A stretch of DNA of 63,598 nt, counting the filler, from Platydemus manokwari (Eukaryota): assembly GCA_037951405.1 (NCBI GenBank). It is 5 parts of 5 records of this genome, joined end to end, with 100 filler letters (N's around TTAATTAATTAA, not from the genome) between each part and the next. Parts side by side here need not be neighbours in the genome. Positions count along the whole stretch, not along the records: positions 9,706 to 24,793 come from JBBMOY011352537.1; positions 24,894 to 35,859 come from JBBMOY011013303.1; 3 more parts are not named here. One strand, written 5' to 3'. The notes under the pieces were generated by a model. It worked only from the letters and a program-made list of their open reading frames with translations, was not told where the DNA came from and searched no databases. The position numbers and the translations under genes are program-made. Within the stretch, counting starts at the first letter, position 1. Each line of letters opens with the position of its first letter. Shown in pieces: positions 12,491 to 26,130 of this stretch.

Positions 12491-15365
12491 TCGATTGCCG
12501 AGATTTTGTCAGTGTATTTTGTATATTGATTTGTCGAGGTTTCACAGTGTGTTCTGTATATTGATTAATATACCTTCGAGGAATCAGAGTTTGATATTCG
12601 TTAATACTCCAACATAATGTTGCACATAATTTTCCAGTTTGAAAATTGGGTCAAAACCCCAAAAATGACAATCGAACAATCCATTAGATAAGAAAGAAAG
12701 GTGTCACTCCCATTTATAATTATATACTCTCTGTTGCTGCGTTTTTCAAAGTTATATAGCATAAGATAATTTATTTTATATTTTATTATTTCATGTATCC
12801 AGCAATTCAAAGCTATAGTGGGATCTTAATTATGTAAATGGTCACATGTTCTATCTAATGGAATATTGATCTTGATTATAGAGTTGTCTACAACAACAAT
12901 CTGATTCCTTTGAAAATATAAGTTGCGTGCATAAATCAATAAAAATTAAAACAAATAAACTTTATTAATGCAACAATGATTAATTATAAATATTTTGATA
13001 GCGTTACAGAGCTGGATCAAGAACGGAAGTTTTGGACCAAGAAACCTAACACCCCCAATTATCAAATCGTGGTGTTATCAATAAAGTTACATTTCGGTAA
13101 CTTCAAAGATAGTACCAGAAACCGAAAGAATTGTAACAAAAGTATTAAGAAAAGTGTCATTAACATCACCATTATATATTCCTGTAAAGATAATAATCAA
13201 ACAAGGATATATCACTGAGGAGAGAGTAATAGAAGATCATCATATAGATCATTTTGTGATTATGCTGCAGAAATGTGAAGAGCGATAAAAAAATATTGAT
13301 TAAAAAATGAACATACATTTGCAAGGATAGATGGGCTGAGAAGTCAATGGCAAAAATACTTGAGAGTAAATACAAGATGGCTGGGAGGATAATGGAGATA
13401 AATAAAAGAATACGGAGAAACGGGAATCTTAGTACAAGATAAACAAGGACAGATATTGATACAAGTAGAAATCAATCTATATGGGTCGATGTAGAAAATA
13501 TGCAAAACTATATTCAGGAGATTTCCAGTGTTATGGGAAGCTGAAAAAATAAAAATCAAAACATAGCCAATTTTTGAGAACAGAAGACATCTAAAAATCA
13601 CAGTAGTAGTATAGGATGAGGAGCTTTGCTTATAACAATAAATAATCAGAGTAATAGATTTACAGATGGTAGCACAAAGGAAGAAAACAGAAATTCGATG
13701 AATATTTGAATTGTTAGATTCATTATGGACAGACAAAGCAGATGATGAATACTTATTTTATTATTAGTTTAATAAATCAAATGAGGAAGAATTACTTGTT
13801 TAAGGAAGCCCATTAATAGATTATGCGTATTCAATGAGAAGAGTAAACAATATGTATTTAAAATATAAAGGCATGGTGGATTATAACTGTCATCCTCTCA
13901 AACTAAGTATATGTGAAAACCCATGAATAGAGGAAAACGATCATATCATGGATTGGTCAAAGGAAATGATTGCGTGGACAATTAAAGAGTATATAAGATA
14001 AATATGTTTGATGTAAGTAAAATCGCAATAATAATTTATTACAAGGGCACAAGGATGCAAAGTAACAAGCCATTAGAGAGTTACAACTTAAATCGATATT
14101 TTAGGAGTTATAATTAAGCATGAGGAACCAGATGAAGGAAAGATACTGCAAATAAATGCTAAATAATATGAAGAGCGAGGATTTGGATGAGGAAAAGGAA
14201 TAATTGTCAAGAATAGCATTATTAAGAGAACACAATTATGGACAAAGACGTTAAGTCTTCAAATTATAAATCAACAATACAAGACCAGAAAATTCCAGTA
14301 AACTGAGTAGAGGAACAAGTAAATTAGCTACATCGGATGAAGATTTCTTCACAGCGATAGAAGTTACATCATCAAGTGCAAAATCTATGGCCGAAATGAA
14401 GCTTAAAAAGGCAGTAAGAGAAAGAGATAGAGAAGAGGCTACTGGGTCTAGGATGTATAGACGTCAATAAGAAAACAAGCAGGAGCAAGCAATCATGCCA
14501 AAAGTAAGATTACCTCACGAAAAATAGCCTACCATTATAGAGAAGTAGAGGAAAGATACAATATTGTAAATAATTAGAAAGATGTGGTATTAGAGAAAAT
14601 AGAAGTCCATAATCAAATTCAACAAGAAGAGGAAATTATAAATATAGAAGAAGTCTCAGATGAGCAAAGACATGGGATTCAAGAAAGATATAACGACCAC
14701 GAAGAACTTTATGAACACTTTAAACGTGGGCTGACACAGAATCAAAATGAAAGTCAAAAAAACTCACATTACTCAGTGTTAACCGCCACTATTTTGAAAA
14801 ACACACATTAAAAACGAAGTGAAAAACCAAGACTCCACAAATCTACTTAAATACAAATATTTAAACAAATATGTTCAATTTTATACAATTATGATTTTAT
14901 ATCAAATTAGAATTAAATTAGAATTAAAATTTTAATTTATATAAAATTTAATTCATTTAAAATATCTCACATTTAGTAAACAAATATGAGAAGACCATTA
15001 GGATCGATTAACCAGATTAAAAATATTTTAGAACGAATCAATATTGGCAAACCAATATCATCAGTACTACAGAAAATCATTAATAAACAAATTTCAGCAC
15101 AAGATAATATAACGAATAACATGCCAAGCGCCAGTAATCTGAACATGCAAGAAACATTTGATCATATATAGAGTAAACGACAAGATTCTCAAATGAAGGG
15201 AGACATAACTAAAATATGGACAAAATTCGCGAGTATTTGAGAGTCATAGATACATTTCCTTGTGCACTCAAAAGGAACAAACCAATTGACAAATAAAACA
15301 AACGCAAATGTCTATACATAAATTCAAATAGTATTACGGACTTATACAGATGGATTGGAAGGGCA

Positions 15366-15720
15366 ATGATCCAGAGACTGCCGCTCTACTTAAAAGATGC
15401 AGCAAGAGTAACCAACAATAAAATCGTCGGAAAAAATATCATTCATGGACAACAATGAAAGATTCCCGATCAGATAAATTAATCAAAGGTGACGTCGGCT
15501 ATATTATTCGTCAAAAGTTCTTCTCTAGATCGCAGAAAGCTGGTGAAACAGTCGGAGATTTGGCTTATCACTTGTCAAGTCTTGCAAAGAAGGCATTCAG
15601 ACTGAAAGCGGAATGGCCAGCACAAATACGAAAAATAGTCGAGAATTGGTTTTCTAAAAAAGTACTTCACCACATCAGTGCAGCACTCAGCATCGTCGAT
15701 TACGCCAACTACGATGAACT
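15366..15720 (+). pseudogene. Retrotransposon gag (Ty3/gypsy capsid-like) remnant
   Basis: MIQRLPLYLKDAARV.../SWTTMKD...RQKFFSRSQKAGETVGDLAYHLSSLAKKAF matches the gag pattern LPxxLxGxA...W..LK and the major-homology-like RxQxxGExVxxxAxxLxxLAxKA. One frameshift. Confidence 0.8.
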
Positions 15721-18276
15721 CAACATTTTAAGAGAAAGGTCTCTAATTGTGAGATATCAATATTCAGTAAAGAATAAATGAAAAAAAATTTTTTCAATCG
15801 AATAATGTAATATTGTAATTGCCCAGAAAAAAGACATTAATTTCTTTTCTGAAAACAAATCTACGAATATTCTTAAACGATAACATGAAAATTCCTTGTT
15901 TTCAAATTTATACGTTGTTTCCTTATTAGCTTTACCAACATATTTACTATTTTGTACACTTCGAATAGTTCATAAAAAATTTATTACTTAGATTGTGTGA
16001 CACAATTTGAAAGAAATTTTAAATCGATAAATTTTAACTTTCTGAATACTTTGTAAATATTGAATACAAAAGGAAAAAAATTTGCAGAATAAAATTAATT
16101 GTTTAATGAATTAAAGCAATATATTCCTTTCTAATATTTCGCCCATTTAAATTAATTTTAAGAAAGCCTTCAATAAAATTGATAAAACCAAAATTAGTGA
16201 ATTATAATTTATGACTCACAAATGAGATTATATGTTGATTACTAAATAAACTGTAATATAGAATGAAATTCAAAAATTCGCCTTAACATCTACAACATTA
16301 TATTAGACAAATAACATGGTCTTGTAAGAATAGGTCTCGTGATAAAAAAACTTCGAGTTTAATGTCTTGTTCTATTTCTGTAAATTACAATTGACGGAAT
16401 TATATCTATGATGTTACGTTCACTGCAGATCCAATAAGAGCTCAATGGCTCATAAATAATTAATAAAGGCAGGCAACCTGTCAATTTAAGGAATTGCGTG
16501 CCTCATTAATGTGTAAAAAACTTATTATTGCCGCGTATTATTGTATCATAATTAGTTAATGTAAAAACGACGAATAGAAGCAGTGAACAAATGCAGTTTA
16601 ATGAATTTCACTTAAAATAAAATAAAATAGTAAAATAAAAATTGAAATGAGAGATTAAATTTGTCTATAAATGATAATTAGGATTTAACGTTTTCAGATT
16701 TCCAATATTCTACTAAATTTAAGATATGACATGTGTGTAAAAGAAATTTTAAAACAAGGTTAAGGAATTTTTTATGAATTTTCTAACACTGTATTGGGAA
16801 TATATATTTTGGAAATGATGCCACACTGAAAAGGTTTTCAGAGAAATGATAAATATCCCTGTTATATATATATATATATATATTGGGTTTTGTGAAAAAA
16901 GACATTATTTTGCATGCATATTTTAAGTGTATAAAAGTAGTCTGTTATTGCCAATTATATTTTTATTCTATTTATTATTCCGGACAAGCGAGTTAAATGA
17001 ATTCTTTTAAAAATAATCTTATAAATAAAATAAGATTATTAAAAAATAGAACCGGTTAATTAACCCGAAAATAGAAATAAATCCTTTAAATTTTCACATA
17101 ACAACTAGAAAATAGCCTGGTTAAAAATACCCTGATGCAAAAATAACCCGTATAAAATAAGAACAAAAAATGTAAAACCACTGGCCTGTTACAAAAAAAG
17201 CAGTCTTGTTCGAAAGAAAACCGAAACTACTGGCGTAGAGTGCCTGAACTAAGAAAAGATCAGATATTCGTTTGCCGAGTTTAAGAAGCCGAAAGCTGAT
17301 AACCCGTTGCCCAGCTGATAACAGATATGCCCAGAATTGTCTGGAAGAAATGATTTTAATAATTGTTTATCGATTCAATAGGAGATTGCGCAAGGATAAA
17401 GTAAGATCAATACGTGTAAAATCATCATTTATCTACACCATCAAAGACGCATATTCTTCCTATTTATAAGACTAAGTCCAAGTACCTTTAACACCCGCTT
17501 CTACCTCTATTGAAGGATTGTTACCGTAGCTTGTCTGGAATTGTGCCATAATTGTTCCATCGTTTCAGTGTATAAAAGTATTGTTATATTTAACCACACT
17601 TGTTATAATTGTATAAAAGTAGTGCTAGTTGTATAAAGGTAGACAATTTTTATTGTAATTTGGTTAAACAATATTGTTTTAGTAGTTACAAACCGAGTTA
17701 ATTTGATTTAACAAGTTCCCTAAGAAATCATTCATATTTCTATAAAAATCATCATCATTGTCAAGTCATTATCTTTTTATAAAAGGGTGCAAAGTGAGAC
17801 TGATACCAATAAGCAATATCATTGAGCCGTTAATTCCGATGGGTGATTGACAATTTATGGATTATTTGTTATTATGGACGATTTCTTACCAAACCAATAC
17901 ATCGGGAAAATGTAATTTTATTCTACGAAATGTTTTCTTTTCATTTTTAATAGCAAATACATATGAATTTCGGAATTATTTCGCTGATTTTTTTATTTGA
18001 TAATATTTTCAATAATTATAATAAAATATAATTACGATTGCATAGTAGATTAGTACAATGAAAAATCGATTACAATGTTTTTACAAAGTATTAAAGATTT
18101 TTTGTGCAAAAGATTGATCATCACAAAAACAACAATTTTTATACACAGTTCGACCATGACTTTTAATGTCTTCTTTGATTAGCAGTTATTTGCATTTGAC
18201 CTGTCATTTTGTCGGAGATCTCAATGAGAATTCAACAATTCATCCTGTTATCATTGTGAATGGACAATAATGATGT

Positions 18277-18416
18277 NNNNNNNNNNNNNNNNNNNNNNNN
18301 NNNNNNNNNNNNNNNNNNNNNNNNNNNNNNNNNNNNNNNNNNNNNNNNNNNNNNNNNNNNNNNNNNNNNNNNNNNNNNNNNNNNNNNNNNNNNNNNNNNN
18401 NNNNNNNNNNNNNNNN
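18277..18416. other. Assembly gap (140 N, no linker motif)
   Basis: Run of N. Confidence 0.99.
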
Positions 18417-18628
18417 CGATGTACATATACATATACATAACAGCACATACATAACAATCCTAGTTGATATACAATATAAATACCCCTACAACCAAACTCA
18501 AAGCACTAAAGCCCAAACATAATCCCAGTTAAGCACATTGACCCTGAGTATGGACTGCGTCGATGACCAAATCAAATTTGAGGATGCTCGGACAAACAAC
18601 TCAAGCTCGCAACCAAGTGACAATATTT

Positions 18629-18791
18629 GACTCTGATCCGTGTTTGCTTAAATAAACATTCTGTTTTGAATACTGATATCATTTTTGCTTAACAATAAAC
18701 ATTTTGGCTGACACTGATCCATGTTTGCTTAAATAAACACTCTGATTTGAACACTGATATCGCTTTTTGCTTAACAATAAACATTTTGGCT
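18629..18791. repeat. Tandem duplication, 2 x ~81 bp, each unit built of two related ~40-bp subunits
   Basis: GAC(T/A)CTGATCC..TGTTTGCTTAAATAAACA...CTGATATC..TTTTTGCTTAACAATAAACATTTTGGCT starts at 18629 and again at 18710. Confidence 0.9.
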
Positions 18792-19369
18792 ATTATTATG
18801 ATACTTTAAGACTATTATGTAATTAAGACCAAAGCCTTTTAGGCCCAGTGCATCACTGGAAGTAAATCCAATCCATTGTCATTTGCAAGTAAGAATATCT
18901 TCTATAAAATTATAGAAAATTTATATAAGTCGATTTATTTGAATTGATTTTATACTAATGTAGCGATGGGGATTTATTATTATTATTCGTTTGTTTTATG
19001 AGAATTCAGCATTGTATCTGTGTTAATTGTGTTAATAATAAATCTTATTTACTCTCAATGGTTATTTTGTTATTCTGGAAAGCAGACTTAAGTTGTCATT
19101 AATTTTAGAATTATCAGTTCCTTGTCAATTCACCACCTATTCAATGGTGCAAGTTTTGTCATTATATTAAAAATCAATTTAAACAGGAATTATATTACGC
19201 CATTCATGTTCCTGAAGGATTGTGGAGAAGGAACTTTGCATAATTTAACATGTGTAAATATTGACTTTTTGGGTCCCTTAAAGAATTATTTAAGCTCTGA
19301 CACCAAAATAGAAGGATAATATTGTTCTTGCTTGTGTTCTATTTAGTACACCAACACATAAACTGAGCT

Positions 19370-19554
19370 TTACAAAATATCAACCAAAATTTGGTCTCCA
19401 ACCGATAATTGGCCATCTTTACATCGATTTTTATATTCTCGATATGTGTGTAATTTTTTGTGTCATATTGTATTACATTTTTATTCGATATTTGCTTTTT
19501 TATGTTCTTATCGGGTTTCTAAGTTTTTCCATGAATGGGATTGGTAAATCCCTG
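19370..19554 (-). repeat. Dispersed repeat, copy 2 (inverted relative to 12302-12490)
   Basis: Reverse complement begins CAGGGATTTACCAATCCCATTCATGGAAAAACTTAGAAACCCGATAAGAACA. Confidence 0.75.
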
Positions 19555-20559
19555 TGTGTATTGTTGTGATGCTATGTCGCTTTTTCCAATTGTAGTTCAC
19601 CATCTAACTTCGCTATGATTGACTGATTGCTATGTCTGTATGGTTGTATAGGAATGGAAAAGTTTAAAATGCTTAAACAAAGGTTCCAAGATGCAAATCT
19701 TTTTTTCTTTTTGCCGAATTTCAACTCACTTAACATATTACTTCCTAAAGGTCATTCGGACTTTCGAGGCTAATTGCGTCGGTAATAGTATGACCAAGAC
19801 GTACAACAGGATAATAATAAAAACAAATAGGGCTAAACTAAATCCAAAATCAACAGATCTGTTCCAAACAGATATCATTTCATTTCTTGTTCGTTAGCTC
19901 AAACACAGGCTGTCAGTTTCCTGTTTATTTCGCTTAATGGCATTCTAAAGTTCAAAAGAGTTATGAATTTTGCTTGATTTGATTTTGTCAATTGTTTTGC
20001 ATATTCTGCTGCATGGACGTTGATCTATTTTCATCTTTCTCAGCTTCGACTTATGCTTATACTCACTTCTCAATACATATATTATTTATTGCAATAATAT
20101 TAGATAATAATTATTTGTATATAATTATTTCTTTATTCTGATTTGCATTATCTGACTGCCATTTCTAAATTTCCACATTTTGTTTAAATATTAGCTGTTG
20201 TTAAAGTTCTTGCAACACGTGTGCATTCAATATTCTTGATGCATAAAATAGTTTTATAATATGTAATAATTTTTACAATCTGTATTAAATTTATTCATAA
20301 TTATTCAATCCGATATGGTGAGTTCCCAAATAAGATATCGTGAGAAATAACTGATTCTATCCTTATAAAATTATCGAATTGTGGTATTTTTAATATCGGT
20401 TTTGTTAAATCTCTGTCGAATATACTGGAATTAAACCAAAATCCAATGACGGGTGTCCGTAACAATTAGGTAAGTGATAATTTAGTTGAGTGAAGTGATT
20501 ATAGATTAGAATCTACAAACTATAAAATTTTGTAACGATGGGTCTGAACTAATTGTTTT

Positions 20560-21080
20560 ATAAATGACTAATTATTTTTAATTTTGGCATAACAAATACA
20601 TAACAACAGATAGCAGCCAAAGCGGTTACCCCTGGACAATTAACATTGCGTTTAATTTCTTCATGTGAATTTTCTGTTATGTCGATCGATTTCATGATTT
20701 TCTGAGCAGCAAGCTTTGACAGGTGAACCTTCGAAAAGCTTAATAAGTTTGGAAACAGTATCACTGTTAATATTTTTTTTCAAATGAGCCAAACGTTTCT
20801 GATTTATTTGAAGTTTTATTAAAAAATTTTACTACGATAATTTTTTGATTTCTGTTCATTTACTGAGATTTGTAAGAGTGGTAATGCAATGAAATTATAT
20901 AGGAAAATATCCATAGATATTAATAACAACACAGATTAAACGAGCCAAACATTATCCACCACAGTGCTTGTTAGATTTGTAGGTGAGCTATTGACTGACA
21001 CTTTTCGTAACCTTTATAATACTGAATTAAAATTTTAGTCTACATTTTTGGCATAGTACCTTAACTTCTGGCCCACCTTG
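20560..21080 (-). mobile_element. Degenerate Tc1/mariner element (DUF4817-type HTH transposase) with one TIR
   Basis: Minus strand begins TA|CAAGGTGGGCCAGAAGTT, a CAGGGTG-type mariner TIR. Remnant peptides IVVKFFNKTSNKSET...DTVSKLIKLFEG and ENSHEEIKRNVNCPGVTALAAI (compare ENPH....xNxPGVTVWxxI). Confidence 0.6.
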
Positions 21081-21489
21081 TATATTTTTTTTATCAAAAT
21101 AAACTGTGATACGAATTGAAAATTATATTAAATAATATATTAAGATATTTAAATCTAATTATTTGGGTTTAATGACCTCATCAAATATGTAAAATAAGCA
21201 CAGCTGATAAATAGCAATTTTAAAAATTTGATGGAAGCTCCTGAAGAAATTGAAAAGTTTCAAACTCATTTTTTACTTGTTAAAATTTGGTAGTGGGCTA
21301 TTACATTTTGAAACCAGTTGGTAAGAGAAATGACGATATATTATATTGTACTAAATAATTGAAAGCCATCGACATAATAGATGTTCATTCCATTTTTAAT
21401 CAATAATTGTGAGTGGTAAATACAATTTCAACGGAGCACATCCATTGGATTAATTAACAACACTGTGAATTACGTGATAATGAAAACCC

Positions 21490-22035
21490 CAAAATAGCTA
21501 AGATCGGGTCCATCTAATGTAGAACATAACGATACTCGTTACTTATTAACCTGACTTCAATAAGTTGATCAATAAGATTTATTTATTTTTACACTGTAAA
21601 AGTTCATTCACTGTACAAGATTAAATCATCATGGCTGAGCTCTGAGATAAGTTTGTCACTAAAAATCGGACTAAGCCCTTACACAAAATTGAAAATACTG
21701 GTCCAAGATCTGCGCCTGACCTTACTACTACACAAGAATAAATATTATCGGTGATCACAAATACCGTCATACTCGCCTTTATACTCTAAACATTATAATT
21801 TACCGGTGTTCGAAACTACTATTCATCTTATTCTACCAATCAATTTTATCTTTATGTGCCGAATCTACAAGAATTCCACTAAATTGATGTTTTTCTGTCA
21901 TTAAATCGGCCGAATTGCTTGTACCGATTCAAAATCTCTCGAAGAGTTCAGTTTTCCATCAATTTTGATAAGTTGATACTTTGGCCTGCATTTGTTCCGA
22001 TTTTGTGATAATTTCTCAACGATCTGTAACTGGTA
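21490..22035 (-). mobile_element. Possible highly decayed Tc1-like transposase remnant
   Basis: Minus-strand peptides LQIVEKLSQ and EILNRYKQFGRFNDRK (HTH-like) and LDGPD. Frames are broken and no TIRs were found. Confidence 0.35.
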
Positions 22036-24719
22036 TTAGTTCGACTATTAGAGCAATGACTTATTTTGACAAAACATCATTTATTTTTTTTGTGTTTTAC
22101 TTTTATTTACACTTTTATTAGCTGCACTCTTCAATTTTATAAGATAATTTATGAAACATTTCTTCTTTTGCATTTCAAATTCTTTCCATGTTGATTAGTA
22201 CAAAGTTCTTTGCATCATCCCTGTAAGGGAAATGTTATTATCCATAACTCTTTCTATACTAATATAGATTCTCCTTCAATAATGTTATAAAATCGCATAA
22301 AAGCTTATAAAATGAGCTTGTTTTCTAAGGGGAAATGAAATTAAATTAAAATTAATACCAAATCAAAGGTTTTGTCGAAAAATTCTTATATCTCCTAAAA
22401 AAATATAAAAACTCAATTTTTCAGGACCTAGCCTTTATATTTTAAATCTTTTATATTTTAAAACTAAATATTGGCATTGATAACTTCTTATAACTTTAAT
22501 TTCTGAAAATAGAAAATGGAAAAAAATTCATAATTCACTGCACAGAAAAATTCTTGAAAAGAATAAAAAAATACTACAATTAATAATATCAACGTATATT
22601 TTATTAATGAGTGAAATGAGATGGAATATTGCTCGAGGTGATAAGCTTGTTGATATTAATTAGCTTTGCTTTTATTTATGTGTAGTTTCAAACGAACAAA
22701 AGGTCCTCTTACTAATTAGCCATTATTTTTGACAATATAAATCTCTCTATTTTAACCTCATGAATATTACACCCGTTCCTATTACAAATCTCCGAACAAC
22801 AGGCTACATAATAGTTAAAGCATAACAATGAATAACTGAAACGTAATATCAACTAGACCATAGCTAGTCGATTGCATAAAATTCTGTAGAATTTGATTTT
22901 ATATTTGCTATTTCGAATTTAAAAGAGGATTATTTAAATGTTATTCCTGACATTTATGTGAAGTTTGTTTTTTATTTTGCCCGATATTCTTCATGAAATA
23001 AAACTCGGTTACTTCGATAAATCTATTTCTTCCTGCCTTTAAACACGGAACAATAAAGACAATTTAAAATTTCAAAAATTTTTATTTAACTTTATCTTCA
23101 AAGAATAATTGTTTGAAAAAGAATTCCTAAAGGCATTCCAATCATCGTCTCTAATTTTCAATTAAGTGATAAGGAGTTCTAGCAATGCATTAATATATGT
23201 ATGTTTAGTGTTATGACTACTGGGGTTGATTAATCCCTTTTTATTTGTGACCGTGAAGTCATATTTTTTGTCAAATTGAAATCTTCATTCTATACTGTTT
23301 CTGATTTGTTACTAATTGTGTTTATATCACTGTGTAGGTATGTGTGTATGTAAAATATCGAAGCAGGTATTCGAAGGTAACAAGTGTCGTTATTGTGAAT
23401 GACATTCCTCAATCCTCGAAGATATTATATTAGAGAAATACCTGAAAATACTTTTAGTATTCTTGTATTAGTTGATAAATGCTTCCAACAGATAAATGCT
23501 CCCATTCTATTATGAAATTAAAATTCAATTACATTAGGTTCACTGGGCTTAAGTTTACGTGATAGTGAAGACTATTGAAACGACTCTGAATTTTAATCCA
23601 CCAATGAGTGGATTATCATACTTATAATTAGAAAGTATAGCAAAACAGGTATAAATGGGAGCTGTTTTGAAAGTGTTACTGGTTCAATGATATATCATCA
23701 CAAACTTTATGATAATTTCTTTGCTATCGGATCTTCTCAAATATGGTTCCGGTACTATCATGGAGATCTAAGTCCTATACGATCATTTTTCAAATAATGA
23801 GTCATTGGAAACCTAAAGCTTTTTTCAAAATCATTTTACTCCCCTGAACTTGGTGACAGTCGAGATTTTTCGAAATTCCATTCAATAAAAAGATGAAAGA
23901 TTCTTAATAATAAATAATTCTTTTCAATACCCATAAAATAGAACAGCTAAAAATTCTAATTGTTAATCTCATTATCGAATAAGTCGATTGATAATAAAAT
24001 ATTCCTTAATTATTTATCAATCATTTTTGTTTCAACCAATAATATGGAAAAGGCCAAATGCGAGTGTCAGGAAAGTAATAAATAAATTATTGATTTCAAA
24101 TTGCAGATAGGTTGAGAAATAAATGATGAAATGAGAACTTTTATTGATCGATGTAAATTGTTGTTGTGATGAATTAATTATTAGTCTAAATCAGAGTAGT
24201 ATACGTTTCCCTTCTCAAACCAGAAATAAATGAAATATCAATAGATTTTTTTTTCAAAAATCAATTTCTATTATCTACGAAAATCACAATTATATGGGTT
24301 ACCAGGATTTATTGACTCAATATTTGACGATGCCTATCTATTTATCAGTAATGAATAAAACTCGAATAAATTACACGGTTTTAGTATTGCGATAAGTGCT
24401 CTCTTCTAACTTTTAAAAATGTTCTCTAAATGTTCTCTAAAATGTTCTCTACAGATTGTGATTATTATCGCGTCGATTCCATTAACGAATCATTGGTAAA
24501 TACGATTTTTCTGTCATTTTACCTAACATCATAATCACTTACCGGGTTCGCTGTGTGCAGAAATTGATATCAATTTGGTTACACCTCACCATGTCAACAC
24601 TTCCAAACAATTACCATCGGTTGAATTATATGGCAGGGTTTTTATTATAATTTTGTTTTAATGGAAACATGAAGGAAAAGCTTCCACTGTTATTTTGGCA
24701 TTGCAATTGACAGCAAATT

Positions 24720-24720
<1 letters not shown>

Positions 24721-24793
<73 letters not shown>
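24721..24793. repeat. (AAT)n microsatellite running into a gap
   Basis: Perfect trinucleotide run. Confidence 0.98.
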
Positions 24794-24893
24794 NNNNNNN
24801 NNNNNNNNNNNNNNNNNNNNNNNNNNNNNNNNNNNNNTTAATTAATTAANNNNNNNNNNNNNNNNNNNNNNNNNNNNNNNNNNNNNNNNNNNN
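24794..24893. other. Artificial scaffold linker N44-TTAATTAATTAA-N44
   Basis: Same construct as 9606-9705. Confidence 0.97.
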
Positions 24894-26130
24894 TAATAAC
24901 AATGAACATAATGATGATATGATTATAAAGTAAAATCAATAGATAGTGTTAATTAAAGTAAGCAAATTGAAAAATTAGAAACCTGAGCCAGTCGAAAGGG
25001 AATATAAGTATCATTATTGAATGGAATAAGATAACTATCAAATAAGCTGAAGAAATTCAATTTTTACAAATTTGACGTTGGTTATTCATACTGAAAAATG
25101 GTATAAATGGTGAACGCAAATAAGAATAACGCACTAGTTAATTTTTTAGTTTAAGAAGTATTGGAGATATTATTGAGAAGATTTTCGGAAGAATTAACAA
25201 AACGCACTAAACGAATGACATACTTATTCACAGAATAAAACGTATTTTTTGAGAAGGAATTCAAGCAACGGAGACTATCTAATTTTCAGAAGACGAAATT
25301 AATTTAGCAGCAGATAGTTTTGTGAGGGACTCGCAATTGAACGTGAGTCGTTTTTTAGTTACTATCATTAAGTAACTTTTTAAATTTTCATTGCACATGA
25401 AGATAAAAGCGTTTAATTAAATTTAAAAACAGTTTTTGTGTATTGAAATCGTCTTTTTTCCATTTCAAATTTTTACAAATATCTTAAGTGGATATTTCGT
25501 GATTATATGCTTGTGCAGTAAACCACACATTTCAATAATTTTATTGGATGTTGAATCTATTTTCATTATTCTTGAATAAATTTTTACTGATCAATTTTTG
25601 ACTTTTGATATTCGAACAACTAAACAAATGGATACCTTCAGCAACCATAATTAATAATTTATTTCTGATTAGTAAAGCTACACTCAGCCTTGCTGCTACA
25701 GAAATTGGACTTAATTGAAACAATCTTTTAGAATAACTAAGCTACATTTAGACTTTTCGGGATATTATCTTGGTCATATCATCTTTGCACTCTTTATTGA
25801 AGCCCTCTAGGATCAGTGAGAGCTAAATAAAAAATCTAAAACATCTAAATTACAATTCTTTAAAAAAGACTATATTACCATGTATTGTTATAATGTTGGT
25901 AATGCGTAGTTTAATATTCGAAGCAATGTTTAATTTAATAATTTTATATAACAACAAAAATACTCAAAAAGTTTATTTAAAAACTGTAATATCTTATATT
26001 AAAATTATATCTATGCATCACATTTATAAAAAATGGTTGTATACAAATTATTGTTATTATAAGATTTTAATAAATAATAATAACTTAATTCCTGAAATAT
26101 TTTGAAAAAGATATTATTTCAATATTTCAG

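Larger units (their letters stand above)
10430..15730 (+). mobile_element. Decayed Ty3/gypsy-like retroelement relic with a long accessory coding region (incl. DEDDh exonuclease) upstream of gag; pol not present here
   Basis: A/G-rich plus-strand coding-like composition with many stops and frameshifts, interrupted at about 12120-12990. Recognisable exonuclease at 11110-11590 and gag at 15366-15720. Boundaries are approximate. Confidence 0.55.

Noticed and set aside
17195-17250. CCGAAAC followed by a CTAC-TGGC-GTAG hairpin, reminiscent of hammerhead stem III
   Set aside because: No CUGANGA core and no UH cleavage site.
19230-19300. TCVNIDFLGPLK resembling the retroviral integrase xHIDFxGPL motif
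   Set aside because: A single short motif with no further D/E motifs. The downstream sequence belongs to a different repeat.
23700-23800. LYDNFFA as a candidate CDC14 N-terminal exon
   Set aside because: Not followed by DFGPLN and no supporting splice sites.
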